Shown here: positions 53,465-64,000 of the stretch, in pieces
Layout of the letters: each line of letters begins with the position of its first letter
Position numbering within the stretch: the first letter of the stretch is position 1
Source: Lingula anatina
Taxonomy: Eukaryota; Animalia; Brachiopoda
Direction: 5' to 3'
Assembly (NCBI GenBank): GCA_051362555.1
Contig: CM120640.1
Span: 58,072,788-58,136,787 of the forward strand
Length of the DNA stretch: 64,000 bases
Position numbers and translations under genes: made by a program
The notes under the pieces: generated by a model
Seen by the model: only the letters and a program-made list of their open reading frames with translations
Told to the model about the DNA's origin: nothing
Database searches by the model: none

Positions 53465-56311
53465 TCAATGGAGAAGAGCTTTTCTGATCAAGTCCTTCTT
53501 TTCAGGTGTCAGTTGCCTGGGAAATTCTATATTGAATTCTATGATCAAGTCTCCTTTTTGGCTTGGGTCTTTAGAAATGGGCATCCCTTCTGTCGGAACT
53601 CTTTTTGTATACCCAGGACTGAAGAAAAAAAGAAAATTATTTCAAACTTAACATTTGTTCTCATTCAATAGTCAATATAAATAAATTCACATGGAAAAAG
53701 CATATTACCTGTAAAATGTGCATTAAAAAGGTATTTTTTAATCTAGGCTCAAATATAAAGACAATAATAAGAATCAAATGGCTTCTCTGATTATTGCCTT
53801 TTCTTTAAAAAAAGATGTGCTTTCAACACTAAAACGAAAAACCTACTGGACAATATCATTGATTGGGATGTTAAGTATCCTTTCATCTAGTGTAGTGACT
53901 TCCACTGTACATCCTGTCAAAGCTTGGCCAAGGGGAATCTTTGCAGTGTAAATAAGATCAGTGCCAGACCTGCGGAATCTTGGATGAGGTTTGTCTTTTA
54001 CAATGAAGACAATGTCAGCTGAAATAAATACAGGTGCACAGTTAACTCGGATATCTTAACTCTATAGGCTATGTGATTTGTTTTTCAATATATCTTTATT
54101 TGTGTATTTCAGTACTCACAGGTATATAAGTTTAACTGTAATATGGGTCTGAGGCCCTTCATTATGGAATGAAAGAATTGATGCCTGAATCATAATCACA
54201 GAAAACATTATCAATTATAATTTGTTCGTGTCCTTACTCTCCACATGTAAAATCACCCAGGATGAATGTTAATGCAGACTGAACAACTAATCTTAAGACT
54301 TCTGGCAAAAAAAAGTGAAAATCAAAAAAAGAAGAAGCAACACTCATTTATTCACCTGGTACATTATTTGGTCCTTGGTCTCCTTCCTCTTGGAATGTTA
54401 TCCTTGTTCCTGGTAGCCAGCCCTTCTTAACTGTGATGGTCAATATTTTATCTCTGATACTAGAAGTGTGACCATCTTCATTCATCACCTTTAGAAAAGC
54501 AAACAGTTTTATTAAAAATTTATTTTACACAAAGTTTAAAATTTAATACTCTGTACAATAAAGATACTAAAAATAACATTAACCATATGAAAAATTATGA
54601 AATGTAAATCCTACTCTTCTAGATATCTTCATCTTCTTAGTGCAACCATGGAATGTTTCTTCCAAGGATAAAGCAAGGTCTCTTTCAATTGGAGGATCCT
54701 TTTTCTTGGCACCTCTGCCATGAAGTCCACCAAAGCCCATAACCATGTCTCCATCTACACGATCATAAAACTCTGAAAAAGAAAATTGGACGTACATAGC
54801 AGGTCGTTAAGTGCTTGGTAATGCAGCTTTTCATTAAAGTTAATATTCAATGATTTAAAAAAAATATAGAAAAAAATGCACCCTATAATTAAATAAAAAA
54901 GGTTCATTGTACTCTTTGCAAACTTTTTTTAGGATGTATCCAATGTTTGTATAAAAAGATATAGTGTTTAAAGGAAGTAAGATTTCATCTATTAAAATTA
55001 TTTGAAATATCTCTTAAAAGAAAGAAAAAATGAGTTTAGATACCATGAACATTTTTGTTTAAAAAACTTGAAATTCATACACAGGCACAACTCATTGAAA
55101 AGTGCAGTATAAAAATATTTTCTTGTTAAGTCCTCCCTCTGGATAGGACATGGCCATGATGATTCAAGAGGTCTTTTTCATTGATACAGGTCCTTATTGA
55201 TACATGGTTCAATCTGTGATTTAGTAATTTTGTCATTAAATTTTGTATTTTTCACTTAACAACACAATGATGTACCTACCTTGAAAGGGATTATCCCCAC
55301 CAAAGAAGTCTCTGAAGACTTTGTCTGGATTGCCATGGAAGGTGTACCCTTGTGTCCATGCTCCAGACTCTCCACTGCCTTGTGGAACTCCACCTTTCAG
55401 GCCCTCCTCACCAAACTGATCATAAGTTGCCCTCTTTCTTGCTGAAAACATGTGAATGCACATGGACATTTACATGCAAATTACGGATTATATAAATAAT
55501 TGTCTGAAAGACAGTGGTGGCAACTCATTTTAACAATATAGTACTTACATCAAAATGGATTTGGATCAAAATTTTACTTATTTTTTCCTCATTACAAACA
55601 CTGTATTTCTAGATCAATATATTTTTTGTCGGTTGCCATTTTTACCATTATGGATTCTGTGCCTGTTTCTAAATTTCTTAACAACCATTTTTTTCACAAA
55701 TGTCTCTGTCTTTTTGACTAGTGGTAAACTTATTTTGGTAAAAATAATGTCTAGTCAAAAAGACTTACGATCAGATAACACATCATAAGCTTCTGCAATG
55801 TGCTTGAATTTTTCTGCAGCCACTTGATCACCAAAGTTTTTCTCTGGGTGGTATCTCAGTGCTAATTTCCGGTAGCTGAAGTTAATATAATTATAAGTAA
55901 TAAATATTTATGTATTGATTGAGCAAAATATCTTTGTGCAATGATGAAATTTTAAAATTAAATTAATTTAAACTAATTGTAAATGTGTGTCATAAACTAT
56001 CGTCTTCACATTTTTTAAACTGTAAATATGGATAAATTAGTTACTAAAATCTCTTTAAAATTATAGTACACATTGCTTTTACATGGTAAACAGCAATTGT
56101 AAAAAAGTTTTAGCAGTTATAAGTGTATCTGTGATCCGCGCTTTGGTATATACATTCATTAAGAGCCCGTCTAAACAATCATAAGTTTCTAACTTAATTT
56201 ACTAACCACGTGTCAAAAAGACAGTTTTTACTGAGATACTTACGCCTTCTTTATATCAGCATCTGCAGCACTCCGAGAGAGGCCCAAGACGCTATAGTAA
56301 TCTTGACCCAT
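53465..56311 (-). CDS. DNAJB13: DnaJ homolog subfamily B member 13 (radial spoke HSP40, RSPH16); exons 56311-56244, 55875-55769, 55441-55280, 54772-54615, 54488-54356, 54018-53847, 53618-53465
   Basis: [93 protein letters not shown]; J-domain HPE instead of HPD, as expected for the non-canonical DNAJB13 J-domain. Confidence 0.93.
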
Positions 56312-56846
56312 AGAGAAAATTGTGGTGACAGACTTCAGTAAGATCTCCTTGTGTTTACGTTTACATGTGGCCTGTGTATTTACTTCCAATATGGCGGAAA
56401 ACTTAGCAACCGAAAACCAAGGCTTCAATACGAAATCAATTTTCATTGGACAATCAAATAAACTATGACAATGGCCGTGAAACCATATTATCCAATCAAA
56501 GCTCATCTCACAGAAGTTATTTTTTAAAAGCTAAACGTAAATTCTTGAAAAAAATTATTACTAAATTTTGCTCAATTACACCTAAAATAAATATCAATTT
56601 ATATAGTTTACTTTATATTTATAAATTTAAAATGTGTGGTATATATTTAATTCTGCAGCTTTACATCTTAAAGGCAATCCATACTACCTACACTTTTACG
56701 AATCTAATTGCAAAACAGATATCAGCTTTGATTACAACCAAAACCTTTCAAATGGGATTGTAGTGGATGTTATTTACTTTGATAATATGCAATTTAGATT
56801 CAAAGTAAGATGGTAATGTAAATTATTCCACTTTCCAACACAAGCA
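56312..56846. promoter_or_regulatory. Putative bidirectional promoter DNAJB13/CFAP47
   Basis: 535 bp between divergent ATGs; forkhead-like TGTTTAC (56352-56358), YY1-like AATATGGCGG (~56388), RFX half-site CTTAGCAAC (56402-56410), CCAAT boxes (~56446, ~56492). Confidence 0.6.
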
Positions 56847-59800
56847 ATGGCAATGGAGAATGATATAAACGGGGTTAGAATCAACCCGCCTGTTGTGGAG
56901 TTTTATGACAGCGAACCGAATCAAACCTACCGCGTCACTGTGTCGGTGAAAAATGTCAGCAAAACCAGCAAAACTCTCCGTTTCTACGGACCAAACTCTA
57001 AGGTAAAGTGACATGTGCGAAAACTAAGTCAGTTATATAGACCTAAGAAGTAGAGGTAGTTAAAATTTGTTTAAATTGCAAGCAAAATATCTGTGTATTG
57101 ACAAGTTATTTGAGTATTTAAAAATGGTTTGAATCAACAACTATATCCTAAGAAAATCATTCGATTAAATGAATATTTAACAACTGTCAAGGAAAAAGAA
57201 ATATCAGCTGGGCGGACTAAACGTAGACTATGCAAAAATGCTTAACAGTTTTTGTTATGTTCACCCCTGCAGTGACCTCATCTCTCAAAATTTTCTTGTG
57301 AAAAAAAAAAAAAACAGTTTTAATTGACAGCCTACTGTAATTGATTAGATGAATAACAGAGACATTGATTAAAACAATCACATAACTGAATTTAGAAAAA
57401 ACATGATGTACCCTAAACTTAGCATGCTTAGAAGGTTTAAACAATGAATTGGAGTCATTAAAAAAAGACTAAAGCTAATCCTATGATTGAAACAATTAAT
57501 CTATATTTAGTGAAAGGGAAACAAATGACAATGAAGAAACACTTCCAATGCTTCTGTTCAATTAAATCAAATAGAATTAACTGAAATTCATAGGTAGTGT
57601 GGAGATTGGCACGCAACCAACTTAATGAATATATAGATAGTTTTGATAGATCGAAACATTTGATAACATATTTTATTGTTGTTTTTTAGGTTTTTAGGAT
57701 GAAGGCCAAAAATCCGGAAAAACCGATTGCTCCAGGACTTGAGGTGCAAGCAATAATAGAATTTGACCCCACAGAAGAAAAGGATTATAAGGATCGAATG
57801 CTTCTTGCTGTAGATGGGGAAGGTGTTGAAATCCCATTGGTTGGGTAGGTGTATTTCTTCACACATAGCTAAATGTGTATACTTTGGTATACAGTTTGCA
57901 AATTTACAAAGTTCATGAGACTACCAGTAGAATTTGACTTATCATGCAGGTTGTGTGTGGAAATAATTTGGTTTGAACAGGAATATGTCTGTAGTGAACA
58001 GGAGTCCTATGCACTGTTTGAAATACTTTATTTTTCATATCCCTACATATGATTTTGTTTTGATATAGCATACCATCCAAGCCAATGCTGCAACTAGAAG
58101 GACCTGTAGACTTTGGCAATGTGGTTGCCAGCAGTAAAGTGATAGCCAAAGAAATATCATTGTTCAATCATGGGACCAAATGTGGGGAATTCAAAATCAA
58201 GTATGCTGGAGAGAAACCAATTTCCATTATACCAAGCAGTGGGACTGTACCTCCAAGAAGTGCACAGAGCATTAAGGTAACAAACAAGTAATATGAGCAA
58301 ACTAAACCATTTTCATGTAAGTTGTAGTTCAAAGAATATTCCCATCTTGCTATAGAAGATAACATTGATAAAAGAGAAAAACTTAAGAACATTATCAAGA
58401 TATTTGTTGATTTAATTTCAGATTGAATATGTCACCAAGCAGTCAGGTAGCTTCCAAGAAGAGGCAAAGTGAGTTTCTATAAAAAATAAAAATTGAATAG
58501 TAAATATGAGAGAGCAATAATTAAATAAAGTTAAATTCCTAGAAGTGGTTGGGGAAAAGCACTACAGTAACTACATACCAAAGAAGATGATAAATATATA
58601 AATATCCTTGCATACAAGGGATTACAATCATTACAGTAGCATATTTCTTATATTATTCAATTTAAATTACAGTGATATCAGTCAGTTTCATTGTGCATCA
58701 TATTCTTTTAACAGAGTCAAACTTGAGGGTCAAGAGAGCACCCATTTGGTTATCCAAGGCAATGTGGTTGAGGGTGTTCTTGAGTTGGTCTCTACCACAA
58801 ATGAAGCTCCAGTGGAGTGTGTCAAGTTTGGCCCCACCTATTATGGCACTGACAAAACTGAGAGTGCTTTTCTTATCAACAATGGTCCTGAGCCTGTTAA
58901 GTTTGTGGCAGTTTTAGATGAAGATGCAGTGGGACAAGAAACAGTAAGTAAATTATGGATGATATAATTACTATAAAACTGAATAATGAATTTTGTCCCA
59001 TTTCAATTTAACATTATTTTCCTTTTGCAATATGTATATTTTATGTAGCTGGACTTTTTACAGTTGAATGGCAGATATGCTCCAGTGAATACTTACTTTT
59101 TTATAATGTTATACATTCAAATCTAGGATAATGAAAATGTACATGTACAGGTTCTTGTAATACCAGTACATCATATACATGAAAACAACACTCATATTTT
59201 CCATCAGCTGCTCTATGACTACAACATCTGTAAAATTTACATTTTACTAGGGTGTAGACTTATCTAAGAGCACAGTGGCATCACTTGCAAGCAATCATGA
59301 CCCAACAGAAACTCCATGTGGTTATATTAACCCACTTACTTCCTTGGTGACTGCCATTCCTACTCAAGGAATGCTAGGACCATATGAGAAGATACCCATT
59401 TTCTTTAGGTTTAGTCCAAGGTAATTATACCACAATTTAATTTCCTCTTGAATAATTTTTTTTAGTGTAGATTACATAAAAGAGTGCAGACATGTATAGT
59501 ACTTATATGCAGGTGTTCAAAAAAGTTTACTATAGTAATCCAATACATCCCTGTTTGTCCTACAATAGGTTGATTTTTTAAAAAATCAGCATAAGGACAT
59601 TATTTCTCCAAAAGTTATCACAGTTTCATTGTGCATCATAGAGATTTGGTGTGTTTCGTACTTCTGTATTTTTTGTCTCTTAACTGAAAAACTAATTTAG
59701 TGTTACTTGGAGTTATATTTGGTGAAAATGCAGGTTAACTTTAAACAATCTGTATAATCATTTATTGCTCTTTGTTTTGTCTACATAAATACGAGCGTAA

Positions 59801-62800
59801 TCAGTCTAATCCTGGAGTCTCTTTTTTTTGCAAGTTGTTAAATGTCTGTTGGTTAGTTCTGTCTAAGAATCAATCTTCTTTTTTTTTGTGAAATGTAATC
59901 TGACTAATAATCTGATTGACAGGTGGAATCCTTCCAAGCAAGGCTACAAAAGCACAAAGAAGCCATCACCTAGGAAAGACTTTGCTCTCTTCATGAAGAT
60001 ACAGATGATTGGAAGTAGCAAAGGGTTTCAAAATGAAGATGGTAAAACAGAGAGGAGCAATGTAGAAGGTAATGTATTATACAGTTAAAAAGGTTGGTAT
60101 TTATATTCTGATCACCCACATCCATGTCTCTGACATTGTCATCTGACACATACACATTTACCCCAAACATGAACTGAATTAAACAGATTAACCTCCTCCA
60201 AAAGTTCTCGAAAACTGGTCTTTCTTGTAAAATCATTTTGACTATATTAACATAGACTCCCTTTGAATAGACCCCCTTTGAATTCACCATATATCTGTCA
60301 TGTTCTAAACATAGTTATCACTTCATCCTATTTTTTTTCTTTTATAGGTGCTGCTTTGGAGATTGCCTTGACAGGCACTGCTTTGCCAGTGCAGCTGGTA
60401 CTTAGTCCACAGACCAAATTTGATTTTGAAGAATGTCCAGTGGGTGAACATGTTGATGCACTTTGCAATCTCAGAAATGAGAATATGATTCTTCCTGTAA
60501 CGTACCAGTTCAAGAGAATTGCTCACTTCAGTGCCAGGCCTCCCAATGGTAAAATAGGGCCTGGTCAAGCACAGGATATCATATTTTCATTCACACCAAA
60601 CCAAGTTGGTAAGTGTATTTGGCTTTTGACCAAACACTAAAGCCAATAGTTTTGATGCTTATCTTGGTATGCATGGATATTAATACAGTATTATTCATGT
60701 TGAAACCGCATGTTCAAAATTTTACAAATGTTTTCTGAAGCAATAATTTCACTACTTTTGTATTTTTAGGTACCTTTAAGCAAAAGATGCAGTTGGAAGT
60801 GATTGGCCAGGTGGCAGACAATAAGAATCCGTTTTTGGCACATTTGGAACCAATTCACTGTATGCCACTTTCCATGGTAGGAAGAAGTGATCCAGTTACT
60901 ATCAAAAGGGAGCCAAAGTTTAACCCAGGTAATTAAGTAAATCCAGTAGCCAGTTTGTAATAGTTTTCTACAAAAAAGGCAACAAAATTATTTTTCCCAT
61001 TTATTATTTGTTATAATAATTAAATAAAATTAAATGTCATTATCTCTTAAGGAATCACTCCAAAGGTTGTTGGTGAAGTTGGCCAGTTTGTGGACACCAC
61101 CTTCCAAACAGCAGAAAAACACCAACAGAGGGCAGCACTGCTCAACTCAAAAGGAACAAAGCTGCACAAAATCAAGACAAACAGAGCATTTGATGATGAA
61201 ACCACCTATGTGGCTTTTCCAAATGACCGAGCTGGAAGCATCAGACCAACAGAAAGACACAAAGAATACAGGTAGGCTAAGGTAGCATTAATGTTAAATG
61301 AGTGTTTTTCGAGATGTATAAATACTGTTTGGCTGCTTTATTGTCAGGTTTTCTTATTTTTCTCTCAAGTGTTCTCTGCATGTTTTTAGCCCAAGGAAGC
61401 TGAAAACAAGTTACTGAGAATTTTTTTTTATTGTGAACATATCACAATACATGTAATGTTGCTCATGCCTAGTAGTTATAAATAACAACTGCACAAACTT
61501 GACAGAATTTCATAATTTATTTCTTATTCAGGACCATTTTCACTAAAATGGAGCGTTACAATTTTGTGGACCCAGACTATGCTTACACAGATGAGGAAAC
61601 TAAGGCACTGGAATCACACAAGCAATATTACGTTGACTGTGTGGAGGAGATGAGAAAAAACAGAATCAACAGACTGAAAACAAAGTAAGTGATCAGTATG
61701 AGATAATGATTTTTCCACAGAATATTGATTGTGTTATCACTTACTGTTATGTGGACTGATTTAGAAATGAGTGAATGTATTATTCAAAAATTAACAAATT
61801 CTAACCAATATATTCTATTTCTTTAGGGAGTTTATTGAAACAAACAACAAGGAGGACATAGGGATTAAGATTGCAGCAGGAATAAAACCCAAGAAACTTA
61901 CACAGGAGGAAATAAGACCAGATACTCCACGTAAGTGAAAAATGACATACATGTATTGTTAAAGACTCAGTAGGCAGTGATTACACTTGGTTAAAAGTGT
62001 GTCAACGCTATGTTTTACTGAAACTGCTTGTTTTTACTTCAATTTAAAGAAATCGTTTCTGAGTCATGCTATTTTCTGTTAATGTCTTACAGCTGCTGTA
62101 CCTCCAAACACCAACTGGCAGGTGCTTAGCTCCAAACATCTTGCTCAGTCAGAAATGATGGTAACTCAGAAGAAAGTCAAGGAGGGACTGAATGCAGTGC
62201 CTATAACACCACAAGAGAAAGCAGACTGCTCCATGTGGCTCAGTCCACAACAATTGCATCAAGTTGTTATTGGTAAATTGGCATTCTTCGTATTGTTAAG
62301 ATTTTTAAAAATGAATTTTTACATGTATTTCCATCCAATTTGATAAGAAACGTAACAGAATTTTGATTTTCTTTTTTCTTTCATTTGTCAATGTAAATAT
62401 TTGTGTGTCTATTTATTATAATAATTTTTTTTTGGGGGGGGGGGGATGAATGTCGTGATATTTTTATTTATGTCACTATATTATGTAAACATTTGCTTAT
62501 TGAAATTTGCTTTTTGAAATTTTTAGGTTTTGATTTAAGTGTTAAGATTGAAACATCAATGCTACTTTACAGGTCCACCAACAATTGACTTTGAAGAAGT
62601 CTGTCTTAGATCTAACAACACTAAAGACTTGAATATTGTGAACAATTTGGACCAATACATCCATGTTGTGGTGGAGGTATGTAGCATTTAGTCTTATTTT
62701 CCTCCATATGTGTTAAAAACAGTGTCAAAGTAGTAATGCATGACTGTTGTTTGGACTTTTCATATTTCCTTTTATGGGCTAATGTCTTTTAATTGATGAA

Positions 62801-63808
62801 AATGGTTGTATACATTTTCAGGCTTGCAAATTAAAAAATGGAGATGTAATGATTTTTGGGTTATGGCAGCCATTAAAGTTACATAATTCAGTAATATATT
62901 ATATATATATCCTTTGTTCAGATTGACTGCCGTGAACTGCGTCAAACCAGTCCCTTGTCACAGGTGGTGCCTCCTATGTCTAGGGCTAAAGTGCCCATCA
63001 TATTTGAATCAAACACAAGGGGGAAATTCCAAAGGTAAAAATTAGTATATTTTGAAATGCATAAAATTGTATTCTTTTTGATAATTACACTGCAACAACA
63101 AAAGGTTTGATTTTGAATTTTTATTTTTAATCTAAAAGGATTATTAATCAAGGGAAATATAAGTTTAAAGCTGAAAAACACAACTGTATTTCTTTTTCCC
63201 CAGATCTGTTGACTATACCATAAATGGATTTTACAAGAATCATGTGATAGTTCTGGCTGATGTTGTGCCTGTAGCTTTACATCTGTCTACAAATGAGCTT
63301 CTCCTCACACCATCCCAAGGGCTGCCTGCTGAAGCTGGTAAGTAGTGATTCAAGGCTTTCTATTCACAACATTTGCACAGCATTGGAAGATTGATTATTA
63401 GTATTCATTTCCTATCTGTATGTTGACAGATTTAACTTTACATCTTGTATACATGTTGCATTACATGTTGGGGAAGTGGTTAAAAAAGGCTTGTAGGAAT
63501 GGATGATGAGGAGAACAGGACATCAGTATTTTTGTGAACTAATGAATAAGCTTTCATGATGTTTAGGTTTCCGTGGGATCATCACCCTGTCCAATGTCTT
63601 AAACTACCCAGCTGAGTTCACATGGCAGCCCATACTGGGGGAACTGGGCACGGCTTTCTCCATCCGTCCTGCTACAGGGACTGTGGATGCTTTTACAGAT
63701 CTGGACTGTGAGGTGGTGTTCCATCCATCCTTCATGGCTCCTGATGATGGAAAGTTTGCTCTACAAGTACACGGAGGAAATGGGCTCCATCTCAAGTGTA
63801 AAGCAGAG
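56847..63808 (+). CDS. CFAP47: Cilia- and flagella-associated protein 47, 5' part (about 17 exons: 56847-57002, 57690-57844, 58069-58276, ~58422-58468, ~58714-58943, ~59251-59420, ~59923-60068, ~60349-60607, ~60770-60928, ~61052-61271, ~61532-61685, ~61827-61930, ~62093-62271, ~62573-62676, ~62923-63034, ~63204-63337, ~63567-63808); continues beyond the window
   Basis: Tandem ASH/Ig-like repeats; IAPGLEVQAIIEF, VDFGNVVASSKVIAKEISLFNHG, ECVKFGPTYYG..INNGPEPVKFVAVLDEDAVGQE and FPNDRAGSIRP match my recollection of the CFAP47 N-terminus. Confidence 0.85.
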
Positions 63809-64000
63809 GTAGACTTGATGGCATGCTAGCATGGTTCATTTCTTGAGAGATTCTGCTTCAACAAAGTTACTGGTGCTATAAGTTTTCCTTCTCTGATTTG
63901 CTTTTGATATATTTTATAGAAAATGACATGGATCAGTATGTTTGTTTTGCTCAAATAAAAATCAGAATTGTGAAATATAAATAATCTGTGAAAGGAAGGA

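Overview
AT-rich, intron-rich animal genomic DNA (invertebrate, mollusc/lophotrochozoan-like; taxon is an inference), not prokaryotic. Nine spliced genes can be reconstructed by hand from GT-AG exon chains: the 5' end of an ERM (ezrin/radixin/moesin) gene (-), WTAP (-), SOD2 (+), a pectinacetylesterase/Notum-family esterase (-), a complete second ERM gene (+), TAF13 (-), COX17 (+), DNAJB13 (-) and the 5' part of CFAP47 (+). Eight of them form four head-to-head pairs. Introns carry MITEs, Helentron-type non-autonomous elements, satellites and LINE/Tc1 relics. Top observations: (1) a cluster of five GGAC(A/T) m6A consensus sites, four embedded in repeated GGAC..TCCAA mini-hairpin units, in the WTAP intron that follows a weak donor at the position where human WTAP makes its truncated isoform, a candidate m6A feedback sensor; (2) two divergent, inverted ERM paralogs share a 102-nt perfectly identical exon-2 block, suggesting exon-limited gene conversion and a possible promoter-swapping 31-kb inversion; (3) a 9-bp-TSD foldback element whose spacer copies nearby host sequence; (4) a membrane-anchored PAE-like esterase with two paralogous adjacent introns. 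All exon boundaries are manual and were not checked against RNA data.
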